Assembly: GCA_963701855.1 (NCBI GenBank)
Contig: CAVPBK010000006.1
Location: 1,248,001-1,312,000, forward strand
DNA from: Nitrospirota bacterium
GTDB lineage: Bacteria; Nitrospirota; Nitrospiria; Nitrospirales; Nitrospiraceae
DNA length: 64,000 nucleotides
Direction of reading: 5' to 3'
In this document: in pieces, positions 22,144 to 31,400 of the stretch
How positions within the stretch are numbered: the first letter of the stretch is position 1
Layout of the letters: each line of letters starts with the position of its first letter
The notes under the pieces: generated by a model
Seen by the model: the letters and a program-made list of their open reading frames with translations, nothing else
Told to the model about the DNA's origin: nothing
Database searches by the model: none
Translations under genes and position numbers: made by a program

Positions 22144-22401
22144 TCAACGAAGTCGCCCAAATATGGCCTGCTCTCGTTCTCGATCCTTCTTACGCTCGAT
22201 CAGCAATTCTGCAGTCGCTGATGTTGTGTCCTTGAGCATGCCACACATACTTCGAACGTACTCCTTCGTGACTGGCTGAAAGAGGATGTCACTCCCATGC
22301 TCGATGAAGCACACCTTCGTGCCTGGCTTGATGCCAAGTTTTCGACGAAGCCGAGCTGGAATGACAATCCGACCCCTCGTTGTTACATAGACAGAATCCA
22401 T
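22144..22401 (-). CDS. AbrB/MazE/SpoVT family DNA-binding protein (antitoxin-like)
   Basis: VTTRGRIVIPARLRRKLGIKPGTKV; GGAGG RBS. Confidence 0.88.
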   Translation of the reverse strand: MDSVYVTTRGRIVIPARLRRKLGIKPGTKVCFIEHGSDILFQPVTKEYVRSMCGMLKDTTSATAELLIERKKDREREQAIFGRLR

Positions 22402-22794
22402 AACTCCTCCGTGCTGAAAAACGTTTCCGATAGTCATGACATTCCTGAATCCAAGGTCTTGTCTGTTGCCGATCAGATAAAGTGATCCCCGATACGACAC
22501 GAATGGAAATCCCATGCGGACAATGCAGCATCTTGCCGTGCGGGAGTCTATAGAGACGGTGCCGGAGGCGGGATTTGATTCGGAGCCATTTCAGCACCCT
22601 CAACACTGACGGGAGTTTCACGGACATTGACTCAGGAGATCAACGACCTGCAACTCGAAAAGCAGTGAGATTGAGTGAGATGGAATGAGCGGAGAATCGC
22701 TCTGCGATACGACCGTGTTGCGACCTCAACGCTTGATCGAATGGGGGTGCATAGACTTCGTGTCGTTTCTTGTTCGTCCACCTCATTGTCTGTT

Positions 22795-22852
22795 CAGTAA
22801 CGCCCCAGCTCAGCCGAGCGGGTAGTGCGCCGTCTGGAGCCGATTGTTATGC
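22795..22852 (-). mobile_element. Integron attC recombination site (58 bp)
   Basis: Minus strand GCATAAC-AATCG-GCTCCAG...CTGAGC-TGGGGC-GTTACTG gives R'', L'' with an extra base, L' and R'; 2 bp after the stop of 22855..23670. Confidence 0.75.
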
Positions 22853-22854
22853 GA

Positions 22855-23670
22855 TTAAGTGTCGTCATCTGGATCGAATAATTCGATATGTTGGCGGTTA
22901 AGGATATTAAAGCGGCTAAAAAGTTTTCTGTACTCTTCACTTTCAGAAAGCCAGTCATAAAATTCATCTTTTGCAATATCAGCTAATTCTCGTCTGCTTC
23001 GCCTCAGACTTATTCCATTATTACAAATTTGGGCAACACACCAAGGATGGTTGACTGCTTTTATAGATACACCTTTTAAGCTCAACGGCTGTGTAATGAC
23101 AATGTCATAGATAGCCCCAGGCTTCATCTCTAAATCGTCCCCATTCACATCCTGAAAGTACGTTGCAGGATTGATGTTACGCCACAGCTGTTTGCCAAAA
23201 CTGTACACGGGGATTCTCGCTTCATACTGAACAAAGAAATGTCTGTGGCGATCGTTGCCTTGGCGTCTGAAAACCATAAAATGTCGGTCGTTTAGTGCAC
23301 GTAGCGGAAATTCTAGTACGAACGGGCCGTAATAGTTCCCTTTACTAAAATAGTTCAGTCCTACCCATGTCCCAGGTGCCGACCATTCTCCGTGTTTGGG
23401 TAATCTCAACGACCACTTGCTTCGAAGCCCAAGCTCGTTGTTCTTGAGAATACTTCTAAGTCCGTCGTCATGGCATGCATGATAAAGCACGCCACCAAGC
23501 TGGGCGGTGAGTTTTCTGGTCCACTTGAAATAACCTCGGAAATCACCTTGTTCAAATGGTCGCTTATAGTCAGGTTCGGTCAACGGTTCTTTTACTCCGG
23601 GTTCGTATAACAACTTGGCGATGAGCCGCTGCATTCTTTGGAGTCGGTCTCCATCCCCGCTTAGGTACAA
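22855..23670 (-). CDS. AT-rich cassette gene, possible ADP-ribosyltransferase-fold protein (start may be 23634)
   Basis: VLYHACHDDGLRSILKNNELGLRS resembles the LYHxTxxxNLxSILxxGL strand-1 motif of ART/DarT/KptA-like folds; later YGPFVLEF. Confidence 0.5.
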   Translation of the reverse strand: MYLSGDGDRLQRMQRLIAKLLYEPGVKEPLTEPDYKRPFEQGDFRGYFKWTRKLTAQLGGVLYHACHDDGLRSILKNNELGLRSKWSLRLPKHGEWSAPGTWVGLNYFSKGNYYGPFVLEFPLRALNDRHFMVFRRQGNDRHRHFFVQYEARIPVYSFGKQLWRNINPATYFQDVNGDDLEMKPGAIYDIVITQPLSLKGVSIKAVNHPWCVAQICNNGISLRRSRRELADIAKDEFYDWLSESEEYRKLFSRFNILNRQHIELFDPDDDT

Positions 23671-23700
23671 CCGATCACTACATGACGCGGCGGATCCTCC

Positions 23701-24498
23701 TCAGCAGCCCTTGAACTGCTGTGCCTGACACTGTTGCGAGAGTTGTTGGCCTTTTGCAATCTGCGTGTCAGTCATACGACGTGCGACACTTTCGCGATTG
23801 TCTGCTGACCACTTCTCTAAGTCACCCGTCGAGTGGATTGCTGCGAGGTTGTACCACATATATGCCCGCACATAGTCCTTTGGGATGCCGAGTCCCGCGT
23901 AATACAGTTCCCCGAGGTTGTTTTGCGCGTGCGCGTTACCCTGCGCCGCGGCTTTCTCGTACCACTGTCGCGCCTTCGCATAATCCTGCGGCACGCCCTG
24001 TCCCTTCTCATGCAGTACCCCAAGGTTGTACTGCGCCATCGCGTAGCCCTGGGCGGCGGCTTTCTCGTACCACTGTCGCGCCTTCGCATAATCCTTCGGC
24101 ACGCCCAGTCCCTGGTAATACAGCACCCCGAGGTTGTATTGCGCCATCGCGTATCCCTGGGCTGCCGCTTGTTCAAACCATTGCCGCGCCTTCGCATAAT
24201 CTTGCGGTACGCCGTGCCCAAAGGCATACGGCACCCCGAGATTGTACTGCGCCTCCGCGTGACCCTGGATTGCCGCTTTCTCAAACCACTGCCGCGCCTT
24301 CGCGTAATCTTGTGGCACGCCCCGTCCCTGGGCATACATCTGCCCGAGGGCGTTCTGCGCATCCGCGCTGCCTTGTGTTGCCTGTGTTTGCAGCGTTTGC
24401 AGTTCTTCTGCCGAAATGTCGATCGGTGGGGAAGCTAACGCATGCCCAGAGAGGAGGACGAGTGCGGTGAGGAGAATTATGACGAATAGGGCGCGCAT
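23701..24498 (-). CDS. Sel1-like repeat protein
   Basis: Signal peptide; tandem 36-aa AQYNLGVLY..G.GVPQDYAKARQWYEKAAAQG repeats (108-bp DNA repeats). Confidence 0.93.
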   Translation of the reverse strand: MRALFVIILLTALVLLSGHALASPPIDISAEELQTLQTQATQGSADAQNALGQMYAQGRGVPQDYAKARQWFEKAAIQGHAEAQYNLGVPYAFGHGVPQDYAKARQWFEQAAAQGYAMAQYNLGVLYYQGLGVPKDYAKARQWYEKAAAQGYAMAQYNLGVLHEKGQGVPQDYAKARQWYEKAAAQGNAHAQNNLGELYYAGLGIPKDYVRAYMWYNLAAIHSTGDLEKWSADNRESVARRMTDTQIAKGQQLSQQCQAQQFKGC

Positions 24499-24691
24499 GG
24501 GAGCGCAGTATGGCGCGGAGCCCTGGGGCGGTCAAGGTGGAGGGGGAGCACTGTTGCATAGGCACTAAACAGGCAGACTCCGACGTTGCTGTAGAGTTCG
24601 TGTGAGTCGTGCCTTGCCCCGCCAGTGTAAATTTGCAGTAACATCAACTTGTTGTAAGGTGTACGACTGAGCTACTGGCTCACGACTTATA

Positions 24692-25388
24692 TCATGGAAT
24701 GTCGAACTGCCAGCGCCCGCGCCGTTCAGGAAGTGCGAGCGCCGCGGTACAGGTGATCGAGAAAGTCTCGGCGGGGGATTTCTTCGGCTCCGAAGCGCGT
24801 CACATGCGGCGAGGATTGTTGGCAGTCCATGAGGCGAAATCCCCAGGTCTGGAGTTGGCGCACAAGCGAGACCAACGCGACTTTCGAGGCATCGGATGCA
24901 CGGGTGAACATCGACTCTGCGAAAAAGGCGCCGCCGAGCGCCACGCCATAGAGTCCGCCAACCAACTGTCCTTCCTGCCAGGTTTCAACGGAATGGGCGT
25001 AGCCTTGTTCGTGTAAGCGCGTGTAGGCTTCGAGCATCTCCGCCGTGATCCAGGTACCGCCGTCTGGATATTGCGGTCTTGGTCCTGCGCAATGCTGCAT
25101 CACGTCGCGAAAGCACCGGTCGAGCGTGACGCTGAATAGGCCGGGACGAAGGCTTCTCTTCAGGCTGCGCGAGATATGGAGTTTGTCTGGAAAGAGGACT
25201 GTCCGTGGATCGGGCGACCACCACAAGATGGGCTGATCGTCGCTGTACCAGGGAAAGATGCCATGTCGGTAGGCTTCGAGCAATCGTTCTGGTCTCAGGT
25301 CGCCTCCGACAGCAAGCAGGCCTTCAGGCGATGCCGAATCGACAGGAGGGAAACGCAGATCGGACGGGTTTGCGCTGAGCCTGAACAT
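24692..25388 (-). CDS. aat: Leucyl/phenylalanyl-tRNA-protein transferase (C-terminal +1 frameshift; ORF as read stops at 24726)
   Basis: [27 protein letters not shown] and DASKVA motifs; removing one base near 24749 gives ...[20 protein letters not shown]. Confidence 0.9.
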
Positions 25389-25431
25389 GGACGAGCAAGG
25401 TACGCGAAGCGACGCGAAAAGGTTACGGTTT

Positions 25432-25955
25432 CTAGCAGGCTGCTGAAAAACTCAGTTCATACACAAAACGCTGATGGAATCTTCCGTGGGCGCCGATGTC
25501 AAAGTAGTCGCAGGGTGCTCAAAAAGGCTCGATTTCTCACCCGCCCAACCCTGGCGGCTACTTCACCATCCCGCCCTGAGTCTGCCAAGACAGCCTCTTC
25601 GCCCATGGGCGCGCCTTTTCCCAAGCAAGGCCGCAGCGAGTGATCAAAATAGGATCTTTCCAAGCTTGCTCGTTATCTCTCTAGGGATGGGGGCTGATTG
25701 ATCTTCCACTGCGTGCGGTTTTCTCACCCGCCCACCCACTGGCACGCCGAGACGTGCCAGTAGCCCTGGCGAGGGCCCCAATGCGCAAAACTTTCGTTCA
25801 AGGGGGCGGCCAAGGCTGCCCTTTACTGCGCGCATCGAACGAGCACCGTTTCACCGTGCGCGTTCTGCGAGCAAGAAGGGCACCTGGCCGTTCCCTTCCC
25901 ATCCTTCTGAGGCCGCGCGTTGCGCGAGCAAAGAAGATCATCAGCCTCCATCCCT
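25432..25955. repeat. Composite repeat (family A ends plus family B body)
   Basis: CTAGCAGGCTGCTGAAAAACTC and CAGGGTGCTCAAAAAGG match the reverse complement of 28015-28112; 25640-25955 matches 21750-22060 inverted. Confidence 0.8.
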
Positions 25956-27673
25956 CACCCTTTCTTTTCTTCCGCCTGAGCCAACAAAGGCTTGAAGATA
26001 GGATCTGTGTCCAGCACCGCCTTCAGCGATTCTGCCCCAACGAAGAAGTTCCAGATATCCGGCGTCTGGCCGGGAATTTCAACAAACCATCGTTTGGCTT
26101 CCGTCAATCGCTCCAAGAGTGCTCGATTGTCCCGATCCGGGGTGAACAGCAAACTGTAGGATTTGGTGTATTCGGCCATGAATTTATCGAGCGGCAGGTC
26201 AGCGAGCGTGAGCGCTTCATCGGCATCTTGATAGGCGGCCCGAATATCCGAGTCGTCGAAGATGCGGTTCCAGGCCACTTTGTTGACGCGGGACCAGGCC
26301 AGTTGGAGCAGGGCTTCGGCTCTGCCGGCTCGTTGCTCAGCCGGGATGACGTTGACTAAGGATCGGTGGGTTTCGATCGAGGCTTGTTGATCGTTATTCC
26401 AGCGCAATGCCACGCCCAATCGAAATCGGTTATCGAGTTGGTCCGGCCGTACGACGGCCAAGGTTTGCATGGCTGAGAGCATGCGGTACAGGTAGTCGGC
26501 GGTCGTCGGTTTGTCGAACCCTCCCATCTCCATTCCCAGCGACAGGTCCATGCGCACTGATTGGGAATAGATGTTCCAGAAATGCTCGTTTACCACCAAG
26601 GCAAGCGCCGGATCATTCACCGTGAGTTTGTGGAAGGGGATGGCCTCGCGCAGGACGACGGCATAGAGGTGTTGGCTCAGCACCATGAGGGCATCGACCT
26701 GATTGGGATCGATGATGAGCACGCGGTTCAACATGGCCACGCGGTCACGCAATTCAGGAAAAGTGGCGGCGCGAGCTGCCGCAGCAGTTAAGAGCCCCGG
26801 GCTGTCCGTCGGTCCCCACCAGACCAGCGAGTCGGTCAGGGCATGGCTGGTTTCCGTGACAAACGGAATCTGTTCCTGCCTGCCGCTACCGAAAATGGAG
26901 CCGCTGGTGACGGGAAGATTCACGACTGCTGTGTCGCCTGCGAATCCGTGTTTCTTGAGCCCGGAGAGGACAATCCACTGGGTGGTGATGTTTTTCAGCG
27001 CGCGTCTGGTCCGCTTAATCGTATTGGTCCACTTGACCGAACCAGCTGCGTAGGTCACTGGAGCAGTCAGGGGATCTTGGTAACTGATGGACAATTTCAC
27101 CAAGGTTGTCGGCACTGCCACGATTGGGCCATTCGGTCGAAGGCGGAACGAGGCGGAAGGGAGCGGCGTGCTTCCAACAATGTGAGTATGGAATCCGGTT
27201 CCCGGTGGTTTCAGACCCAACGAGTCGGTCACGAAGGCCGAGGCGGGGTAGCGGTTTACGTCTTCACTGAAAAAGACCAGTTCGCCATTACTCGGCCACA
27301 GGACCTCCATGCCGATGTCGGTTCTGATGAGGGTAGGGGCATGGGCCTCTCGCAGGCGCTGCCAGCAGGAGTCGTAGCCGAGGTCGGAGTCGGCCGGATA
27401 GTTTTTGATGCCATTGGGGGCTGCGGCCACGAGGGGATATTGGCAGGCGAAGTCGAGCTGGCCGACGCCCACCTTGTTTCCCGCTCCCAATGCTTTGGCG
27501 TAACGCTGAGCCGTCGCTTCAGCAGAGGTGATGGCTTGCTTCGACTTCTTCACAGCGGCAGCGGCTGATGCCGCTGAGGCTTCGATCAGGGTCGTTGCAA
27601 TAAAGATCAATAGGGTTCCGGCGAGGAACAGGGTCTTGAACCGGCACTGTTGGAGGATCTGCAGGCGCATCAT
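25955..27673 (-). CDS. Exported hypothetical protein with helical/TPR-like C-terminal half
   Basis: About 570 aa ORF; signal peptide; AGGAG RBS. Confidence 0.7.
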   Translation of the reverse strand: MMRLQILQQCRFKTLFLAGTLLIFIATTLIEASAASAAAAVKKSKQAITSAEATAQRYAKALGAGNKVGVGQLDFACQYPLVAAAPNGIKNYPADSDLGYDSCWQRLREAHAPTLIRTDIGMEVLWPSNGELVFFSEDVNRYPASAFVTDSLGLKPPGTGFHTHIVGSTPLPSASFRLRPNGPIVAVPTTLVKLSISYQDPLTAPVTYAAGSVKWTNTIKRTRRALKNITTQWIVLSGLKKHGFAGDTAVVNLPVTSGSIFGSGRQEQIPFVTETSHALTDSLVWWGPTDSPGLLTAAAARAATFPELRDRVAMLNRVLIIDPNQVDALMVLSQHLYAVVLREAIPFHKLTVNDPALALVVNEHFWNIYSQSVRMDLSLGMEMGGFDKPTTADYLYRMLSAMQTLAVVRPDQLDNRFRLGVALRWNNDQQASIETHRSLVNVIPAEQRAGRAEALLQLAWSRVNKVAWNRIFDDSDIRAAYQDADEALTLADLPLDKFMAEYTKSYSLLFTPDRDNRALLERLTEAKRWFVEIPGQTPDIWNFFVGAESLKAVLDTDPIFKPLLAQAEEKKG

Positions 27674-27752
27674 GTCGGACAGGCTCCTAATATAAGGGAC
27701 GAGAAGCAGGCGGTACTGTACCACGCTGCTTTATGGACCTGAAATAGGCTAA

Positions 27753-28112
27753 CAGGATGCTGAAAAAGTCCGCCAGCAGGGGAGGGAGCGACCAGGTGCC
27801 CTTCTTGCTCGCAGAACGCGCACGGTGAAACGGTGTTCGTTCGATGCGCGCAGTAAAGGGCAGCCTTGGTCACTCCCTTTAAGAGAGATATAAGAAGTCG
27901 GAGGGTCCTGTTGGACGTGCGCAGTTGGGGACCAAGCCAGGCCACCCCATGAAAGAAGATAACGAGCGAGCTTGGAGGAATCATCTTTGGTCGCTCGCCG
28001 CGGCCTGCTGAATGGCCTTTTTGAGCACCCTGCGAGGGGTGCCCCTGTTATTCCAAACGTGCTGAAAAATAAAATTCCTGCATATCTAGAGAGTTTTTCT
28101 GCAGCCTGCTAG
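27753..28112. repeat. Composite MITE-like element (family A ends, family B core)
   Basis: CAGGATGCTGAAAAAG...TTTTTGAGCACCCTG...TTTTTCTGCAGCCTGCTAG; core GCAGAACGCGCACGGTGAAAC. Confidence 0.8.
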
Positions 28113-28155
28113 ACGAGAGACGAATGGCGTAGGAAAAGGACGCCCTCTTTCCTGG

Positions 28156-28617
28156 CTATTCGACTACAATTAGGGCCTGCATGTTGTGACCTGGCATGTC
28201 GCACAGGTAAGAGAAGGTTCCGGTATGTGCCGGTATGAATTGAAGCTCAACCAGGCCCTCAGCGGGGATGATCACCCGCTTGAGTCCGTCTGGACCGAAC
28301 TCCGGGGCTCCGTTGCCCCCCACGTTGAGGTCGGTGCCGAAGAAGAGCTTCGTGGCGACCACGGTATGGAGTTCCGTGTCGTAGCTGCGGAACCGTAGCA
28401 TGGTCTTGCGGTCATGATGCAAGTGGACCTGCTGTGGGATGAACATCCGCGAGCGGATCTCCACGGTGATCGACTCCACCTCGGCCTCGGCTGGGAGTGC
28501 GCGAGGAGTCTGTTCAACATTGCCGTTTGTGAAAGTAGAAAGACCAATGTCGGATAGGCTTCTTGCGGGAGCTGTGAGTAGTAGGGCCAGACATATGAAC
28601 CCGATCGTCCTTTTCAC
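28156..28617 (-). CDS. Cupredoxin-domain protein
   Basis: Signal peptide; H in ELHTV and C-terminal YLCDMPGHNM type-1 copper motif; GTG start overlaps the anti-sigma stop. Confidence 0.8.
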   Translation of the reverse strand: MKRTIGFICLALLLTAPARSLSDIGLSTFTNGNVEQTPRALPAEAEVESITVEIRSRMFIPQQVHLHHDRKTMLRFRSYDTELHTVVATKLFFGTDLNVGGNGAPEFGPDGLKRVIIPAEGLVELQFIPAHTGTFSYLCDMPGHNMQALIVVE

Positions 28618-28919
28618 CGTGCATTGGCCCCATCGAGAATCGCGCGGCGCATGTTCGCCCGGTCGGCCGAGTTCAACGGTGGGGCAGGATGATGTTGGCA
28701 GAGCGTCACTGTGTGCTGGAGGGAGGCAATGAAGACTTCGCAATTCTGGCAGGCTCCCAGATGTTGGCGTATCTCCCGGCAAATGTCGGAGGGGAGTTCA
28801 TCGTCGATATAGGCCGACAACTGCCGGAGCAGATCCACGCAATGGCCTTGGCCATGGGTATGGTGGTGGGACGCCGGCCTGGACCGTTTTTTTGGCGCTG
28901 CCGTCTTTTTCTTGGTCAT
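28614..28919 (-). CDS. Zinc-binding anti-sigma factor (zf-HC2)
   Basis: LSAYIDDEL...HLGACQNC (HxxxCxxC); coupled to the ECF sigma gene. Confidence 0.88.
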   Translation of the reverse strand: MTKKKTAAPKKRSRPASHHHTHGQGHCVDLLRQLSAYIDDELPSDICREIRQHLGACQNCEVFIASLQHTVTLCQHHPAPPLNSADRANMRRAILDGANAR

Positions 28920-29536
28920 GAGCGCAAGCCTCCAGACTTGTGGTCATCGTGGTGGGTGATGCCGCGGGCGCTGAGTTCTCGCCGCACAAACAAGCGTGCT
29001 CGGTGCAGTCGCGATTTTACGGCTCGTTCATTCAAGCCCATGATGGTCCCCACTTCTTTGGCACTCAACCCTTCCATATCGCGGAGCACTAGAGCCATCC
29101 GATACTTTTGAGGTAGTTTCTCGATCGCCTGGTCGAGGGCCTGCCTGAGCTCTTTGTTCTGCAGTGCCTCTTCGGGACTGAGCCCGTCCATCGGGATCTG
29201 GAGGCGAAATTCTCCCTCGGAGGTGGGCACGAACTCCTCGATCGACAACTCGTGTTCTGGTTGCCCTTTGCGCTTGCGCCGCATCCGTATGCAGGCCCGT
29301 GAGGCGATGGTGTACAGCCAGGTGGAGATCCGTGCCTCGCCTCGAAAGTCTTTGAGTCCCTGGTAGGCATTAAGAAAGGTTTCTTGAACGAGATCCTTCG
29401 CCGACTCCGTTTCGCCGCACAGGCGATAGGCGTACCGATAAATCAGATCGACATGGTCTCGGTACAGCCTATCAAACTTATCAGGCTCTTGCATGGCTGG
29501 GCGTTGGGGAGGCGTTTGGGAAATATTGGCGCACAT
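28916..29536 (-). CDS. ECF RNA polymerase sigma factor
   Basis: DLVQETFL, STWLYTIA and VKSRLHRAR motifs. Confidence 0.93.
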   Translation of the reverse strand: MCANISQTPPQRPAMQEPDKFDRLYRDHVDLIYRYAYRLCGETESAKDLVQETFLNAYQGLKDFRGEARISTWLYTIASRACIRMRRKRKGQPEHELSIEEFVPTSEGEFRLQIPMDGLSPEEALQNKELRQALDQAIEKLPQKYRMALVLRDMEGLSAKEVGTIMGLNERAVKSRLHRARLFVRRELSARGITHHDDHKSGGLRS

Positions 29537-29586
29537 GATTGGGGCGGAGTCTAGGGGGTCGGCTGAGGCCTGTCAAGCAAACCTAG

Positions 29587-29708
29587 CAGGATGCTGAAAA
29601 AGTCCGTCAGCGTCGTTCTCGCATCGCTCAGAGGCTCAACGTACCGAAGCGTACGCCTCGCCTCTTCGCTCGCTGCGGCCTTGCTGAACGGCCATTTTGA
29701 GCATCCTG
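29587..29708. repeat. MITE-like element, family A
   Basis: CTAG|CAGGATGCTGAAAAAG...TTTTGAGCATCCTG; similar to 7873-7998. Confidence 0.85.
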
Positions 29709-29738
29709 CTCGAGCAGGGCCGCTAGTATGGGTGTCGG

Positions 29739-30641
29739 TTAGGGGGTTGGTGAGGCACTGCGCCGGGGAGTTAGCGTCTCTGTGGTTGGAACGGTGACGG
29801 TCACATGCTCATGGTCGATATACAATGTCAACGGTTGTCCCACCTTCACACGAGGGACCCCGATTTTCGAGTTGAGCATGACTAGGCCGATGGGTGTGCG
29901 GACAAAGACGAAGTTGGATTTGAGCTTGGCCACGGTTCCCGAAAGGAGGATCTGCACATCGGCGCCGACCGGCGGGGCCTGATTGACTTGGATGTCGAAC
30001 TGTAAATCATGCACTCCACTGATGGTATTCGTTTCATCAACTTCGACGGTCAGAGGATCTCCCTCATGATAGCCGGTGAGGCGTTCTTCCTGTGTGCCGA
30101 CATGGACAGCCTGGTCACCGTCAGGCCCCCACCAGCGTAACGTTCTTGGCGCATCGGTCCCGGACGTCATAGGCCCGCTGAGGTAGCGATGGACTAGGGA
30201 TCCATCGGCCCTCTTTCGGATTTCGACGACGGAATGGCGCTCATGCACCCAAAAACGTACTTCCTGCGAGGCTTTGAGATCCTTCAACGTTGTTTTGGAA
30301 GTGAGAGTCAGCAGTCCGATCGGGGTCTTGAGAAAAACGATCCCAGCCTTGGTTCGCCATACAGATCCCCGTAACTGTATGAAGGGATCAATCGTGACTG
30401 GGTCACCGGCGGCAGGAATGGGACCAGGGGTGTTGGTGGATTGGGGTGAGAGTGTTTCTGTGAGCGCAGATGGCTCCTCGGCGCATACTGATCCCAGGAA
30501 GCTGAGGATGATTGCCCCGGCACAAAGAACTTCAATCGCACCCCGCTGCAGCTTGCGAAACAATGAATCGCGCATCCCGAAGGCCTGCGGGTTGTCATGA
30601 GCCGCAGGGGGATATGTCTTTGTATTGGTGGAATAACACAT
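29739..30641 (-). CDS. Exported hypothetical protein with two similar beta-rich segments
   Basis: GIVFLKTPIGL and NFVFVRTPIGL internal similarity. Confidence 0.65.
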   Translation of the reverse strand: MCYSTNTKTYPPAAHDNPQAFGMRDSLFRKLQRGAIEVLCAGAIILSFLGSVCAEEPSALTETLSPQSTNTPGPIPAAGDPVTIDPFIQLRGSVWRTKAGIVFLKTPIGLLTLTSKTTLKDLKASQEVRFWVHERHSVVEIRKRADGSLVHRYLSGPMTSGTDAPRTLRWWGPDGDQAVHVGTQEERLTGYHEGDPLTVEVDETNTISGVHDLQFDIQVNQAPPVGADVQILLSGTVAKLKSNFVFVRTPIGLVMLNSKIGVPRVKVGQPLTLYIDHEHVTVTVPTTETLTPRRSASPTP

Positions 30642-30719
30642 TAGCCTGTGCGAATAACATGATGCTTTCGAGGAGTCAAGACGAAAGCCGCCTGAGCAGT
30701 GACGTGGAGAATGATGTCC

Positions 30720-31289
30720 CTACGAGATCGAGCTATTGCTGGTGCCCGGTACATCAGACGGCGGGTGGTGGCGCTGCGAATCTGTGGATGTGCAAGGAGT
30801 GGAGTGCAGTGGGTCGAGGGTCAGGATAATCCGGATCTCGCGGTCAGATGAATTTGTCACCCCAAACCCTGTGAGCAGGAGGGATGGTGTGACCATATGG
30901 CAGATGCGGCGCATTTCGAATTGTGCCCAGTCCTGCGCCTCGATTCGCCGTCGGAGCTGTGCCAGCACGTCGTAACAGAATTCCGTGAGGATGGACGGCA
31001 TGGATTCGGGCGCCATCTGCGGCCAGCGCTCATGGGATGTACCGAACAACGCCATCAGCGCCCGGGCCGGTCCATTCATGTGCAAGATGCGAGCGGATGA
31101 GGAAAATACGATCATGCCAGAGTCGGGGGAAGAGAGGAGTGGCTGTGGCATCGCACATGTTCCATGCGTAGCCGTCTCCGTTGTTGTGGAGGCAGTATTC
31201 TGCAAGGAGTTGGTTTGGTTTTGTGGAGATGGTTGCGGCACGCGTGTCCTTATCAGGGAAATGGTCTTCGGACTGTGCAAGAGTTGCAC
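30720..31289 (-). CDS. Hypothetical protein, PAS-like
   Basis: GMIVFSSSARILHMNGPARALM resembles a PAS N-terminus. Confidence 0.5.
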   Translation of the reverse strand: MQLLHSPKTISLIRTRVPQPSPQNQTNSLQNTASTTTETATHGTCAMPQPLLSSPDSGMIVFSSSARILHMNGPARALMALFGTSHERWPQMAPESMPSILTEFCYDVLAQLRRRIEAQDWAQFEMRRICHMVTPSLLLTGFGVTNSSDREIRIILTLDPLHSTPCTSTDSQRHHPPSDVPGTSNSSIS

Positions 31290-31400
31290 CGAAGGGACAG
31301 GCGTAGGAAACGCGATTATCCTACGAATACCGACTACAACGTGACGCGTTGAACCAGGTTGTGTACAAAGACGGTGTCGGAGTGGCAGAAGTTGAACCAG

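Noticed and set aside
21367..22147. Several ORFs within family B repeats (also 25474-26359 and 27670-27984)
   Set aside because: Recurrent peptides such as ALYCAHRT arise from the non-coding repeat; no transposase motifs
23880..24370. Regular 108-bp tandem repeats resembling an array
   Set aside because: They are in-frame Sel1 protein repeats with no unique spacers; not CRISPR
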